A DNA stretch of 62,092 nucleotides, the filler included. It is 3 parts of 3 records of this genome, joined end to end, with 100 filler letters (N's around TTAATTAATTAA, not from the genome) between each part and the next. Parts side by side here need not be neighbours in the genome. Positions count along the whole stretch, not along the records: positions 1 to 15,293 come from SRR20825010_3270; 2 more parts are not named here. One strand, written 5' to 3'. Under the pieces are notes generated by a model. That model searched no databases, was not told the origin of the DNA, and worked only from the letters and a program-made list of their open reading frames with translations. The position numbers and the translations under genes are program-made. Positions 1 through 10,961 of this stretch are shown one piece after another; the stretch's first letter is position 1, and every line of letters begins with the position of its first letter.

Positions 1-524
1 CCGGTACCCGTGATTCTTTCAACGAGCTGGGTGTTGAAGGTGGCTGTAAGACCTTCCCTTGGCTGAAGGCCATGAAGAGCGAAGACAAGTCCAAGTACAA
101 AGCAGTTTGTCGCAGCATCCGTGAAGACGGTGCCTACGTGGAAGCGGGTGAGAACGACAACCTGATCGTTCAGAAACTGGAGTCCAACCCGAACGCTCTG
201 GGCGCTTTCGGTTACTCCTTCCTGGAAGAGAACCGCTCTGTTGTTAAAGCGGTGAAGATCAATGGTGTTGAGCCGGAAATGGAAAGTATTTCCAGCGGTG
301 AATACCCCATGTCCCGCTCCATGTTCTTCTACGTGAAGAAAGCACACGTCGGTGTGGTGCCGGGCATCGAAGGCTACGTGAAGGAATTCACCAGCGAGCG
401 CTCCTGGGGTCCAGATGGTTACCTGGTAGAGAAAGGCCTGATCCCCTCTTCTGACAAAGAGCGTAAGCAGTGGGCAAGCCAGGGTAAAAATCTGAAAACC
501 ATGACCGGAAAAGAGTTCAAGTAA
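1..524 (+). CDS. pstS: Phosphate ABC transporter substrate-binding protein, 5'-truncated by window edge
   Basis: Frame open from window start (GTRDSFNEL...GENDNLIVQKL...YPMSRSMFFYVK); directly upstream of pstCAB. Confidence 0.9.
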   Translation, partial: GTRDSFNELGVEGGCKTFPWLKAMKSEDKSKYKAVCRSIREDGAYVEAGENDNLIVQKLESNPNALGAFGYSFLEENRSVVKAVKINGVEPEMESISSGEYPMSRSMFFYVKKAHVGVVPGIEGYVKEFTSERSWGPDGYLVEKGLIPSSDKERKQWASQGKNLKTMTGKEFK

Positions 525-551
525 GAGCTCATAAAAAGCAGGGATGCTTTG

Positions 552-581
552 GCCTGGTGGTTCGTAGCCACCGGGCTTTTT
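552..581 (+). terminator. Hairpin + U-tract after pstS (terminator or mRNA-stabilising stem)
   Basis: GCCTGGTGGT-tcgt-AGCCACCGGGC followed by TTTTT. Confidence 0.6.
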
Positions 582-654
582 CGCCCTTAAATGATTTGTT
601 TTTTGCCGCAAGCGCTGCAATGCGTTTGCGAGAAAAAACTCACTGGAGCACCGC

Positions 655-2043
655 ATGCAAACCGGTAATCTTTTATTGCTTCTGCTAGTGATGATCGCAG
701 GGGCGTATTACTTGGGTCACCGCCGGGCCCTGATTCTGGCAAGGCCATTGGGGGGCATTCGTCACCTGCACTCACTGCCATTCTATTTTGCCATGCGTTC
801 GGCTATCTGGAGTGCGTTGCCGGCATTGCTGGTATTGGCATCCTGGTTGGCTTTTGAAAACAGCATTATCCGCGCCGTTGTTGTGGGTGGCATGGCGGAG
901 TCAGCGCAGCCGGCAGACCCGGCAGCGATGAATCTGGTGATTAGCCAAATACAAAATGTGGCCTCGGGGGCAATACCGGCAAGCTTCGTGAGTCAGGACG
1001 TGGCGCAGGCAGCGGAGCAGCTGAGCCGGTTGCAAAATCTCAGTGGCATGGCAATGACGGTTGTGGTTCTTGTGCTGGCCATGCTGGGGTCCGCCTGGGC
1101 CTGGTTGCAGGTGTCACCACGCATGCGTGCGCGCCAGAAAGTAGAGCGCGTGCTGCAAACCATTTTTATGGTATGCGCAACACTGGCGATTCTTACCACC
1201 GTGGGCATCGTGATGTCCGTGCTGTTCGAGTCCATGCAGTTTTTCAGCAAGATTCCGGTAACGGAATTTTTGTTCGGTTTGCAATGGAGTCCGCAGACCG
1301 CGTTACGGGCGGATCAGGTGGCGGCGCAAGGGGCTTTCGGTGCCATCCCGCTGTTTGTCGGTACCTTGTTAATCTCTGCCATCGCGTTGCTGGTGGCGGT
1401 GCCGGTGGGGTTGATGTCGGCGATTTATCTGGCGGAGTACGCCCCGTCTCGTGTGCGCTCCTTTGCCAAGCCGGCACTGGAAGTGTTGGCCGGCGTGCCG
1501 ACCGTTGTCTATGGCTTTTTTGCCGCGCTGACCGTGGCGCCCTTTATTCGCAACCTTGGCGAATCCGTTGGTTTGAGCGTGGATTCTGAGTCCGCTCTGG
1601 CCGCCGGGTTGGTGATGGGCGTAATGATTATCCCGTTTGTATCTTCCCTGGCTGATGACGTCATTACCGCCGTTCCCCAGGCACTGCGCGACGGCTCACT
1701 GGGCTTGGGCGCAACCCGCTCGGAAACGATCAAGAAAGTGGTTTTCCCCGCCGCTTTGCCGGGCATCATGGGCGGCATTCTTCTGGCGGCGTCCCGGGCG
1801 ATTGGTGAAACCATGATTGTGGTGATGGCCGCTGGCTTGGCCGCCAACCTGACGATCAATCCGCTGGAGTCGGTAACGACCATCACGGTACAAATTGTCA
1901 CCTTGTTAACCGGCGATCAGGAGTTCGATAGTGCCAAGACGCTGGCGGCTTTTGCGCTGGGTCTGATGTTGTTCATTACCACACTGGTAATGAACATGGT
2001 GGCATTGCATATCGTGAAAAAATACCGCGAGCAGTACGACTAG
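655..2043 (+). CDS. pstC: Phosphate ABC transporter permease PstC
   Basis: Multi-TM; ELLAGVPTVVYG-like, GSLGLGATRSETI and SRAIGETM motifs; operon position. Confidence 0.95.
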   Translation: MQTGNLLLLLLVMIAGAYYLGHRRALILARPLGGIRHLHSLPFYFAMRSAIWSALPALLVLASWLAFENSIIRAVVVGGMAESAQPADPAAMNLVISQIQNVASGAIPASFVSQDVAQAAEQLSRLQNLSGMAMTVVVLVLAMLGSAWAWLQVSPRMRARQKVERVLQTIFMVCATLAILTTVGIVMSVLFESMQFFSKIPVTEFLFGLQWSPQTALRADQVAAQGAFGAIPLFVGTLLISAIALLVAVPVGLMSAIYLAEYAPSRVRSFAKPALEVLAGVPTVVYGFFAALTVAPFIRNLGESVGLSVDSESALAAGLVMGVMIIPFVSSLADDVITAVPQALRDGSLGLGATRSETIKKVVFPAALPGIMGGILLAASRAIGETMIVVMAAGLAANLTINPLESVTTITVQIVTLLTGDQEFDSAKTLAAFALGLMLFITTLVMNMVALHIVKKYREQYD

Positions 2044-2065
2044 GCTGGGCCTGGAGGAGTTTTAA

Positions 2066-3334
2066 ATGAGCAAAACGACTGAACAAGTTCGTAAAACGCT
2101 GGGCCGCCGGTATCGAGCAGAGAAGCGTTTCAAGGCATTTGGTATCGGCTCTATTCTGATCGGCCTGATGGCACTGGTTATTTTGTTTGCCGACATTATT
2201 GGCAAAGGCCACAGTGCTTTCATCGAGCATACCGTCACTCTGGACGTTACTTTTGATGCGGCTGTTCTGGAAATCGATGATCCACTGGATCAGGAACAGG
2301 TGCTTTACGGTAATTACAACGGTGCGTTGCGTGAAGCCTTGCGTGAAAAATTTCCAAGCGTGAGTGACCGGAAAGATCTAAAAGAGTTGTATGGAATTAT
2401 CAGTAATGGTGCAGGCTATGCGCTGCGCAGCATGCTCGAGGAAGACCCGGCCCTGATTGGTGAAACGCGGACCTTGCAGGTACAACTGGATGATGCCGCT
2501 GACTTGTTTGTGAAGGGTAATGCGGAGCAACGCGAAGCCGCCAGAGTATCTGAACAGCAGCGTGGTTGGCTGGAAGAGCTTGAGGCGGAAGGGTTGATCG
2601 AAATGCGCTTCAACCAGTCATTGTTCACTCGCGGTGATTCCCGTGAGCCAGAACAGGCGGGTATGTTGGGTGCGATTCTGGGTTCCTTCTTCACCATGCT
2701 GGTGACGCTGGGGCTGAGTTTTCCGATTGGCGTGGCGGCAGCGATTTATCTGGAAGAGTTCGCGCCGAAAAATCGCTTCACCGATTTCATCGAAGTTAAC
2801 ATCAATAACCTGGCGGCGGTGCCGTCTATCATATTCGGGCTCCTTGGGTTGGCCGTGTTTATCGGTATTTTCGGTATGCCTCGCTCGGTGCCGCTGCTGG
2901 GTGGTGTGGTGCTGACGTTGATGACGCTACCGACCATCATTATTTCCAGTCGAGCTGCCATTAAGGCGGTGCCGCCCAGTATTCGCCAGGCGGCTATGGG
3001 GCTGGGGGCGTCGAAGATGCAGGTCGTGCTGCACCATGTGTTGCCGCTGGCTCTGCCGGGCATGCTTACCGGTGCCATTATCGGTATGGCCCAGGCGTTG
3101 GGTGAAACGGCTCCGTTGCTGATGATCGGCATGGTGGCCTTTATTGTTGAATTGCCAACCGGACCGCTGGATGCGGCCACGGTGCTGCCGGTACAGATTT
3201 TCCTTTGGGCAGGCAGCCCGGAGCAGGCCTTTGTGGCCCTGACCTCCGCTGCAATTATGGTGCTGTTGGCGTTCCTGATCACCATGAACACTCTGGCAGT
3301 AGTACTGCGCAAGCGCCTTGAGCGCCGCTGGTAA
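2066..3334 (+). CDS. pstA: Phosphate ABC transporter permease PstA
   Basis: [14 protein letters not shown] and [11 protein letters not shown] motifs; GGAGGAG RBS; operon position. Confidence 0.95.
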   Translation: MSKTTEQVRKTLGRRYRAEKRFKAFGIGSILIGLMALVILFADIIGKGHSAFIEHTVTLDVTFDAAVLEIDDPLDQEQVLYGNYNGALREALREKFPSVSDRKDLKELYGIISNGAGYALRSMLEEDPALIGETRTLQVQLDDAADLFVKGNAEQREAARVSEQQRGWLEELEAEGLIEMRFNQSLFTRGDSREPEQAGMLGAILGSFFTMLVTLGLSFPIGVAAAIYLEEFAPKNRFTDFIEVNINNLAAVPSIIFGLLGLAVFIGIFGMPRSVPLLGGVVLTLMTLPTIIISSRAAIKAVPPSIRQAAMGLGASKMQVVLHHVLPLALPGMLTGAIIGMAQALGETAPLLMIGMVAFIVELPTGPLDAATVLPVQIFLWAGSPEQAFVALTSAAIMVLLAFLITMNTLAVVLRKRLERRW

Positions 3335-3360
3335 CCGGACCGCTAACGAGGATTTTAGTT

Positions 3361-4254
3361 ATGGAAACGGCACAGCAACTGGACAAAAACGTTTTGGGCG
3401 CCAATGATCTGCCCAAAGGCACTGTTAATGAAGAGCAAGGTTCAATGACACAAGACACCCCCTATCCGAAAGAAACAGTGGGTCGCCCCTTTGTGGATGA
3501 CCCGAAAATGCGCCTGCGCGATGTGGAGGTGTTCTATGACGATAACCAGGCGATCCATGGCGTCAGCCTGGATATCGGCAAGAATGAGGTGGTGTCACTG
3601 ATCGGTCCGTCCGGTTGTGGTAAATCCACATTCCTGCGTTGCCTCAATCGCATGAATGACACTATCGATATTTGTAAGGTGAAGGGCAGTCTGCATCTGG
3701 AAAGCCAGGACCTGTATGACCCCAAGCTGGATGTGGTGGAGCTGCGTGCTCGAGTGGGGATGGTGTTCCAGAAGCCCAACCCCTTCCCGAAATCCATTTA
3801 CGACAATGTGGCCTACGGCCCACGGATTCACGGTCTGGCGAACAAGAAGTATGACCTGGATGAAATCGTGGAAACCAGCCTGCGCAAGGCCGGGCTGTGG
3901 GAAGAGGTGAAAGATCGTCTGCACGCACCGGGTACCGGATTGTCTGGTGGTCAGCAGCAGCGTCTGTGTATTGCCCGAACCATTGCCGTGAGCCCGGAAG
4001 TGGTACTGATGGATGAGCCCTGTTCCGCGCTCGACCCGATTGCTACCGCAAAGATCGAGGAGCTGATCAGCGAGTTGAGCGAGTCTTATACCATCGCCAT
4101 CGTAACTCACTCCATGCAGCAGGCTGCGCGGGTATCGCACCGCACCGCTTATTTCCACCTGGGCCGCTTGGTGGAAATGAACGATACCGAAACCGTGTTC
4201 ACCAAACCGGAGCACGATCTGACAGAAGCCTATATCACCGGTCGTTTCGGTTAA
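3361..4254 (+). CDS. pstB: Phosphate ABC transporter ATPase PstB
   Basis: Walker [19 protein letters not shown], signature [13 protein letters not shown], Walker [18 protein letters not shown]. Confidence 0.97.
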   Translation: METAQQLDKNVLGANDLPKGTVNEEQGSMTQDTPYPKETVGRPFVDDPKMRLRDVEVFYDDNQAIHGVSLDIGKNEVVSLIGPSGCGKSTFLRCLNRMNDTIDICKVKGSLHLESQDLYDPKLDVVELRARVGMVFQKPNPFPKSIYDNVAYGPRIHGLANKKYDLDEIVETSLRKAGLWEEVKDRLHAPGTGLSGGQQQRLCIARTIAVSPEVVLMDEPCSALDPIATAKIEELISELSESYTIAIVTHSMQQAARVSHRTAYFHLGRLVEMNDTETVFTKPEHDLTEAYITGRFG

Positions 4255-4278
4255 GGCGCGGGAAAGGAGAGCAAGAGA

Positions 4279-4992
4279 ATGGACCGTATGCATTTTGGCG
4301 AGCATAGCTCGACCCAGTTTAACGAAGCGCTGGAATCCATCCGAAACCACCTGATGGAAATGGGTGGTCTGGTGGAAAAACAGGTAGTCGATGCGTTGCA
4401 GGCATTGTTGCAGGCAGATTCGGCCCTGGCAGAAAAAGTGATCGAAACCGAAGACAAGGTCGATAAGCTGGAAATGCTTATCGATGAGCAGTGCACGCGG
4501 GTGCTTGCCCTGCGTCAGCCGGCGGCGTCAGACCTGCGTTTGATCATTGCGGTGTCCAAAGCCGTGTCGGATCTGGAGCGTATCGGTGACGAATCCGCCA
4601 AGATCGCCCGCATGGGATTACAGCTGGCTGAAGAAGGCGAATCACCGCGTGGTTATGTGGAAGTGCGCCACATTGGCAACCATGTACGCAACATGCTGCG
4701 TGATACCCTGGATGCCTTTGCCCGCTTTGACGCCAAGAAAGCCCTGACCGTGGCGGCGGAAGATAACGAAGTGGACATGGAGTACGCCAGCGCCATGCGT
4801 TCGCTGGTGACCTTCATGATGGAAGACCCGCGCTCTATTACCCGGGTGCTTAATATCATCTGGTCGCTGCGCGCTCTGGAGCGCATCGGTGACCACGCCC
4901 GTAATATCGGCGAACAGGTGATTTACCTGGTGGAAGGCAAGGATGTACGCCATATCAGCATCGATGAAATGGAAGAGAAGCTGAAAGGCTAA
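4279..4992 (+). CDS. phoU: Phosphate signalling regulator PhoU
   Basis: Two PhoU repeats (QPAASDLR...DLERIGD; ALERIGDHARNI). Confidence 0.96.
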   Translation: MDRMHFGEHSSTQFNEALESIRNHLMEMGGLVEKQVVDALQALLQADSALAEKVIETEDKVDKLEMLIDEQCTRVLALRQPAASDLRLIIAVSKAVSDLERIGDESAKIARMGLQLAEEGESPRGYVEVRHIGNHVRNMLRDTLDAFARFDAKKALTVAAEDNEVDMEYASAMRSLVTFMMEDPRSITRVLNIIWSLRALERIGDHARNIGEQVIYLVEGKDVRHISIDEMEEKLKG

Positions 4993-5015
4993 TCAGCCTG
5001 CAACACGCTACACGC

Positions 5016-5047
5016 AAAACCCGGCTATCAAGGCCGGGTTTTTTTTT
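5016..5047 (+). terminator. Rho-independent terminator of pst-phoU operon
   Basis: AAAACCCGGCT-atca-AGGCCGGGTT followed by a T run. Confidence 0.85.
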
Positions 5048-5180
5048 GGAGAACCCTTCCACGAAACCTGGTGCGAAGCTATTCGTCAGCAGGCGTCCGG
5101 ATGACCTTTTGCGTTACCGACAGCGTATAAACCGGGGCGGTGTTGCATGAAGCATGTTGCGTGCAGCGTATCTCGCTGCT

Positions 5181-5211
5181 AATATCCGTATTTCCGAATA
5201 TATGAATATAT
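5181..5211 (+). promoter_or_regulatory. Probable ArsR operator/promoter region
   Basis: AT-rich imperfect palindrome ATATCCGTATTTCCGAATAT just upstream of arsR; ArsR proteins typically autorepress. Confidence 0.4.
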
Positions 5212-5220
5212 GGCAGGTTC

Positions 5221-5538
5221 ATGCTCACACCCACCCAGCTCTGTAAATGCCTCGGCGATGATATTCGCCTCAGCCTGATCTGCCTGTTGCACGGTCAGGG
5301 AGAGGTCTGCGTGTGTGATCTGGTCGAGGCCATGCAGGCACCACAATCTACCGTGTCCCGGCATCTTGCCCAGTTACGCCAGTGCGAGCTGGTGGTGGCT
5401 AGACGACAAGGGACCTGGATGCATTACCAACTGAACCCGGCATTGCCGGAGTGGGCTACTGTCGCCATTCAGTCGCTGGTGGTGCCCGCCCGGGATTCCT
5501 TGAATATTACTTTCCCCAACGCCGCGTGTTGCGGCTGA
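5221..5538 (+). CDS. arsR: ArsR/SmtB-family arsenite-responsive repressor
   Basis: EVCVCDL box, QSTVSRHLAQLR HTH, RRQGTWMHY wing; first gene of ars cluster. Confidence 0.92.
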   Translation: MLTPTQLCKCLGDDIRLSLICLLHGQGEVCVCDLVEAMQAPQSTVSRHLAQLRQCELVVARRQGTWMHYQLNPALPEWATVAIQSLVVPARDSLNITFPNAACCG

Positions 5539-5554
5539 ATGACGAGAAACGGTT

Positions 5555-6049
5555 ATGAATACGCCATTGAATGTTTTGTTTCTGTGCACTGGTAATTCCT
5601 GTCGCTCCATCATTGGTGAAGCACTGGCCGATCATTTGGGTCAGGGCAAGCTACGTGGTTTGAGTGCCGGCAGTATGCCCACCGGCAAGGTCAACGATAA
5701 TGCGTTGGCGGTATTGCAGCGCCACGGTGTGGCAGTGAATAGCCCCAGCTCCAAAAACATGGATGACCTGGAAGGTGAGCAGGTCGACATGGTCATTACC
5801 GTGTGCGACGCGGCTGCCGGTGAGGCGTGTCCGGTGTGGCTGGGTGACACTCCCAAGGTGCATTGGGGGTTGGCAGATCCGGCCCATGCGACAGGGACTG
5901 AAGCTGACATTAATGCAGCTTTTGAAACCACCTTTGATGAGCTTTACGCTCGCATTGAGGCACTGGCGGCATTGGATCTGGCAGACATGAACGCGTTGGG
6001 ATTGATTGCATCAGCCCAGAAAATTCATCGCGATCTGGGTAGTGTGTAA
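5555..6049 (+). CDS. arsC: Arsenate reductase, LMW-PTPase fold (thioredoxin-coupled type)
   Basis: CTGNSCRS P-loop, ITVCD...EACP, HWGLADP. Confidence 0.92.
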   Translation: MNTPLNVLFLCTGNSCRSIIGEALADHLGQGKLRGLSAGSMPTGKVNDNALAVLQRHGVAVNSPSSKNMDDLEGEQVDMVITVCDAAAGEACPVWLGDTPKVHWGLADPAHATGTEADINAAFETTFDELYARIEALAALDLADMNALGLIASAQKIHRDLGSV

Positions 6050-7068
6050 TGCCGTTTTTTGAACGTTATCTCAGTGTCTGGGTAGCGCTGGCGATTGCCG
6101 CCGGCGTGGCCCTGGGTGTCGCCATACCCGGCGTATTTGAAGCCGTGGCCGGTTTCGAATACGCCCATGTGAACCTGGCGGTGGCGGTGTTCATCTGGGT
6201 GATGGTCTACCCGATGATGATCCAGATTGATTTCACGGCGATCAAGAAAGTGGGCCAGAATCCGCGGGGATTGCTGCTCACGCTGGTGATTAACTGGCTG
6301 ATCAAGCCATTCACCATGGCAGCGCTGGGCTGGTTGTTCTTCAAGGTATTCTTTGCCGGTTGGGTGGACCCGCAAACCGCCACAGAATATATCGCCGGGA
6401 TGATCTTGCTGGGCGTGGCCCCTTGTACCGCCATGGTGTTTGTGTGGAGCCAGCTTACCAAAGGGGATGCCAACTACACCCTGGTGCAGGTGTCCGTAAA
6501 CGACATCATTATGGTGTTCGCGTTTGCGCCTATCGCTGGCCTGCTGTTGGGCGTTAGTGACATCACCGTGCCCTGGGATACCTTGTTGCTGTCTGTGGTG
6601 CTGTATGTCCTGTTGCCCCTGATCGCAGGTTTCATTACCCGGCAATGGCTGGGCAGCGATGAGCGAGTCGCCCACTTTGTCGGGCGTCTCAAGCCTGTCA
6701 GCGTCATGGGCCTGCTGGCCACAGTGGTGTTGTTGTTCGGGTTTCAGGCTGAAACCATTCTTGCCAAACCCATGGCCATTGTGCTGATTGCCATTCCTTT
6801 GTTGATCCAGACCTATGGCATTTTTGTCATCGCCTATTGGGCGGCAAAGCGCCTGCGCCTGAAACACAATGTTGCCGGCCCTGCCTGCCTGATCGGCACC
6901 AGTAACTTTTTTGAGTTGGCAGTAGCGGTAGCTATTAGTGTATTCGGACTCAATTCCGGGGCCGCCCTGGCGACGGTGGTTGGGGTGCTGGTGGAGGTGC
7001 CGGTGATGTTGTCGCTGGTGGCGATTGTCAATCGTACCTCGCATTGGTTTGAAGAAGGCAGTCAATAG
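6049..7068 (+). CDS. acr3: ACR3-family arsenite efflux transporter
   Basis: [10 protein letters not shown] start, [29 protein letters not shown] motifs. Confidence 0.95.
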   Translation: MPFFERYLSVWVALAIAAGVALGVAIPGVFEAVAGFEYAHVNLAVAVFIWVMVYPMMIQIDFTAIKKVGQNPRGLLLTLVINWLIKPFTMAALGWLFFKVFFAGWVDPQTATEYIAGMILLGVAPCTAMVFVWSQLTKGDANYTLVQVSVNDIIMVFAFAPIAGLLLGVSDITVPWDTLLLSVVLYVLLPLIAGFITRQWLGSDERVAHFVGRLKPVSVMGLLATVVLLFGFQAETILAKPMAIVLIAIPLLIQTYGIFVIAYWAAKRLRLKHNVAGPACLIGTSNFFELAVAVAISVFGLNSGAALATVVGVLVEVPVMLSLVAIVNRTSHWFEEGSQ

Positions 7069-7133
7069 TAAAACCAAGACCCTTCGCGATGCTTGCATCG
7101 CGAATAGGGCTTCTGGAAAACAGGCAAAGTATC

Positions 7134-7844
7134 ATGAGTGACACCCCTAATCTTGATAACGACAGCTTCCAGGTTCCCACTAGCGACAGCGTGTTCCGGG
7201 ATCAGCCGTCCACACACAAGCCGCGCATTCTGTTGTTGTATGGGTCGCTGCGTCAGCGTTCCTTTAGCCGTTTGGTGGTGCAGGAAGCGGCGCGCTTACT
7301 GGAAGCCATGGGCGCAGAAACGACAATTTTTCATGCCGATGGTTTGCCGTTGCCAGACAGCGAAGATGTAACGCATCCCAAGGTGCAAGAGCTGCGTGAT
7401 CTGGTGACCTGGAGCGAAGGGATGGTGTGGTGCTCGCCAGAACGTCACGGCGCCATGACCGGCATCATGAAAGCACAGATCGACTGGATTCCTTTATCGT
7501 TGGGAGCGGTTCGCCCGACCCAGGGAAAAACCCTGGCAGTAATGCAAATCAGCGGTGGCTCCCAGTCGTTCAACACGGTTAGCCAGTTACGCGTGCTGGG
7601 CCGATGGATGCGCATGGTCACCATTCCCAATCAATCTTCTGTGCCGAAAGCCTTTCTGGAATTCGATGACAATGACCGCATGAAACCCTCCGGGTTTTAT
7701 GATCGCATTGTCGATGTGATGGAAGAGTTGGTGAAGTTCACTTACTTGACCCGTGATCGCAGTGATTATCTGACCGATCGTTATTCCGAGCGAAAGGAAT
7801 CGGCCGAGCAACTGATGGCACGGGTGAATCAGCGCAGCATGTAG
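7134..7844 (+). CDS. arsH: ArsH NADPH-dependent FMN reductase (start at MSDTPNL)
   Basis: [37 protein letters not shown] motifs. Confidence 0.95.
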   Translation: MSDTPNLDNDSFQVPTSDSVFRDQPSTHKPRILLLYGSLRQRSFSRLVVQEAARLLEAMGAETTIFHADGLPLPDSEDVTHPKVQELRDLVTWSEGMVWCSPERHGAMTGIMKAQIDWIPLSLGAVRPTQGKTLAVMQISGGSQSFNTVSQLRVLGRWMRMVTIPNQSSVPKAFLEFDDNDRMKPSGFYDRIVDVMEELVKFTYLTRDRSDYLTDRYSERKESAEQLMARVNQRSM

Positions 7845-7903
7845 CGGGATACGCTACATGCTGAACGCAACAGGCTTCAGGCTAAAGCGGAGACGGTTTT
7901 GAG

Positions 7904-9088
7904 TTACAGCAAAGGCAGGCAGGAATTATAGCGGCCATTGTCTGGCGAGTGACGAAAGCATAGCTGCTGATCTTTGCGGGTCAGCGTGTCAGCCTTGCCC
8001 GGCGTCCAGGGATTGTTCGCCGGGTTGTCTGTTTCCGTTTTATCAAGCTGTTTCAGTAACGCCATGCGTGCATCCAGATGCACGAGCCTCAGTAGATATT
8101 GCTTGAAATCCGGCGACGCGGTTTCCAGCAAGACATTGCCGATAGGGTTACGGATAGTCTCACTCGTCGAGGCGGGCTCGGGGTGAAACGGGTCGGCTTC
8201 GATGACATCAACAGGCTGCTCAGCAAGCTGCGCATAGTGTTGGTAAAGCGGTAGCATGCGGTTAACGCTAATATGTTTTTTCAGGCCTGTCCTGAATTGT
8301 ATTTCTTCAATCCAGCTTGCTGCTTCATTGCCGTTCCAGTATTGCTCATCAATGAAAAAGTGCGCCATCATCGCGAATTCTTTCTGCAATGGTGCCTGAA
8401 AGCTTTTTTCCGCTGTGCTGAGCGGCGCAAGCTCCGGCGTGGAGATTTTTCCTTGCTGCACCAGCAGGGCCACCAGTTGCAGTTTTTCTGCCAGCATCGC
8501 ATTGGCGATCATCTTGCTGATCAGGCTATGGTCCTGGGTGAGCCAGCGCCGTAGCAGCTGTATTTCCCTGTCGATATTTTTTTCGGGCGCGTCACTGATC
8601 GCCCAAGCGAGGGATTGCAGCCGTGAGGCGGTGACCAGCAGGCTGTATTCAGGAAAAGTGGCATCCAGACGAGGCGGTGTGTTGTCCGCAAAATACGCAA
8701 AATCCAAAAAAGTCTGATAGCGCTCGATCAGGAACTGATACCGGTTCACCAGTGCCTCAGATTTCACGCGTTTTTCCTGTTGATGAAGCAGGCAGCTGGC
8801 GTTCATATTCCGGCATAGCAGAGGAGATGCATTCAGGTCCCGGTAGCTATTGGGAAGTGACAGGTCAGGATGGTTTTTTTGCCGCTGAACCAGCGCCTGA
8901 CCTTGCCGGGCAGGGGATTGATCGGCGGGCGCGCCAAAGCCCAACAGATAAGCGTAAGCGGGATTGTCATCGCTGGGAGTGGTGTCCAGCCACTGCCGGG
9001 CGGCGTCATCAAGGGGCGCGTCCTGTAGCCACCAAGTGGTAAACCCTGCCAGCGCCAAGACGCCAATCACCAGTATGATTTTTTTCAT
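7904..9088 (-). CDS. Hypothetical exported or membrane-anchored protein
   Basis: 394-aa ORF with MKK + hydrophobic N-terminus; no family recognised. Confidence 0.75.
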   Translation of the reverse strand: MKKIILVIGVLALAGFTTWWLQDAPLDDAARQWLDTTPSDDNPAYAYLLGFGAPADQSPARQGQALVQRQKNHPDLSLPNSYRDLNASPLLCRNMNASCLLHQQEKRVKSEALVNRYQFLIERYQTFLDFAYFADNTPPRLDATFPEYSLLVTASRLQSLAWAISDAPEKNIDREIQLLRRWLTQDHSLISKMIANAMLAEKLQLVALLVQQGKISTPELAPLSTAEKSFQAPLQKEFAMMAHFFIDEQYWNGNEAASWIEEIQFRTGLKKHISVNRMLPLYQHYAQLAEQPVDVIEADPFHPEPASTSETIRNPIGNVLLETASPDFKQYLLRLVHLDARMALLKQLDKTETDNPANNPWTPGKADTLTRKDQQLCFRHSPDNGRYNSCLPLL

Positions 9089-9140
9089 TATCTCGATTCT
9101 TTACGTGTCGTGGGTTGTGATGGTGCGGGCTTTGCCCGCG

Positions 9141-9704
9141 TTACGGATCATTGCGTTGATATTGACGGGCACCCAGCGCCACTATCACCAGCATCCAGCC
9201 GTTCATGATCAATTCAATGGCCAGCAACAGGCCGATCACCCATTGTCCGGATTGCGGCCACTGGGCAAAGATCATCCACGCCAGAGCCAGGCCAATGAGT
9301 GCGCTGAGCACCAGTAGAAAGACATTGGCGCCGCCGCGAACGTGCCAGGCGATCATCAATCGCAGGGCGGAAACAACGGCGATGGCGGCACCGATAATCA
9401 GGGTCAGGCCGTCGGCGGCGATGGCGGGGTGGGCCATCATGTAGCCGCCCAGCAAGGCATACAGCAAGCCCATTACCAGAAACGGCAGGCTGCGCGACAG
9501 AGTGGGTGTGCGGAATGCCTGAAGGATTTGAATCAGCCCGGCCAGCAGCAGAAGCCCGCCTGCCCAGAACACGCTGATCAGCGTGAACAGGCCTGTGGCG
9601 CCCAGGCCCAGGGTGCCGAGTACAATAAACACAATCCCGGTAATCAACAGGCCTTTCCAGTGTTGGGAAAGGTGTTCAAGCAGAGGCGGTGGTGTGGCGG
9701 GCAT
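9141..9704 (-). CDS. HdeD/DUF308-family inner membrane protein
   Basis: About 6 TM segments, W...LLITGIVFIVLG start, WVIGLLLAIELIMNGW end; AAGGAG RBS before ATG at 9704. Confidence 0.85.
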   Translation of the reverse strand: MPATPPPLLEHLSQHWKGLLITGIVFIVLGTLGLGATGLFTLISVFWAGGLLLLAGLIQILQAFRTPTLSRSLPFLVMGLLYALLGGYMMAHPAIAADGLTLIIGAAIAVVSALRLMIAWHVRGGANVFLLVLSALIGLALAWMIFAQWPQSGQWVIGLLLAIELIMNGWMLVIVALGARQYQRNDP

Positions 9705-9872
9705 GGCGAACTCCTTGTCGGCGATGCGAGGAAAAGTACGGTGTGAATGTAGCACAGCCTGGTTTTAAATAACGGGTATCCGGTCGGAACAGGGTGACTG
9801 AATCGTTGTTATGAAGGCGCCGGCTGCAGAGCCGGCGCGGGTATCGTTATGGTCTGTGTTGTGTGAATTCGG

Positions 9873-10961
9873 CTAGCCGGCACTGCGCGTATGTTTGATG
9901 GCCCGAATCATTTTCTTTTCCACGAACGGTGAGGTCATGGCGCGGACCAGGGCGCTGTAATTCACCCCGAAACGCACTTCGTCCCCTACTTGCAGGTGCT
10001 GTTTGTCGCAGTCCAGCAGTAGGTGGTCGCCGCTGGCGCCAAGAATGGTCAGGCCGTCGGGAGGCAGCAGGCCGTCCGGGTCCAGGTCCTGTTCGCCCAC
10101 CGCCAGAATCGCCCGTGCCATGGCGCCACTATCGGTGGAGATGACGTCACCGCCGAAGGCGGTTTCCGCCAGTGTGCCCCAGGGCAGGGACGGTTTGGTT
10201 TTCGACTCGATTACTTCCGCCACCAGCGTGATGGCGTCGGTGTGCAGGCCGTCAACGGGCTCGCGGTGCAGGGGTTCGCAGCCGAGAAAAATGGCTTCAC
10301 CGAGGCGCAGATGGTTGATGCGGCCGGTGGCGCTGTTGCTCAGTGCCCAATCCAGATTGGCAGAATTGCCGCCGGAGATCAGGGTCAATTTTATATCCAG
10401 TTCCGCTTCCACGCGGTCGGCCAGGGCGGACAGCACGCCCATGTTGTCCGCATCCGGTGCCGTGCCGCTGTGGCAGGCCAGGTTAGTGCCGATGCCGGTG
10501 AGTTCCAGGTTGGGCAGCCGTATAACTTCGCGGGCCGCACTGACCAGATCTTCGGGCAAAATGCCTTCGCGTAGATCTCCCAGTTCCACCATCAGCACGA
10601 TACCGTGACTGCGTTCGGCTTCCTCGGCGGCGGCGGAGAGCCGGCGCACCACCGACAGTTCGGTGTTGAAACTGATGTCCGCGTTTCGCACTACCCTTTC
10701 CACCTGGCTGAGCATGGGCGAGCGGATAAGCATGATGGGGGCAGAAATGCGCTGCTGGCGCATGGCTTCGATGTTCTCTATGCGCGAATCCCCCAACCCG
10801 CTCATGCCGGCCCGCAACATGGCCTTGGCAATATCCAGTGAGCCCAGGGCTGCCTTGGTGACGCCGGTGACGGCGATGCCCCGGTCGCCCAGGTCCTCCA
10901 CCAGCATACGGGCGTTGTGGCTGATCTTGTCCAGATTGATGTCCAGGCGCGGCGCGCTCAT
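9873..10961 (-). CDS. Alanine/ornithine racemase-family PLP enzyme (fold type III)
   Basis: GVTK PLP lysine, GDSRIEN, MVELGDLREG, GTNLAC, SGGNSAN, NHLRLGE, GASGDHL. Confidence 0.85.
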   Translation of the reverse strand: MSAPRLDINLDKISHNARMLVEDLGDRGIAVTGVTKAALGSLDIAKAMLRAGMSGLGDSRIENIEAMRQQRISAPIMLIRSPMLSQVERVVRNADISFNTELSVVRRLSAAAEEAERSHGIVLMVELGDLREGILPEDLVSAAREVIRLPNLELTGIGTNLACHSGTAPDADNMGVLSALADRVEAELDIKLTLISGGNSANLDWALSNSATGRINHLRLGEAIFLGCEPLHREPVDGLHTDAITLVAEVIESKTKPSLPWGTLAETAFGGDVISTDSGAMARAILAVGEQDLDPDGLLPPDGLTILGASGDHLLLDCDKQHLQVGDEVRFGVNYSALVRAMTSPFVEKKMIRAIKHTRSAG

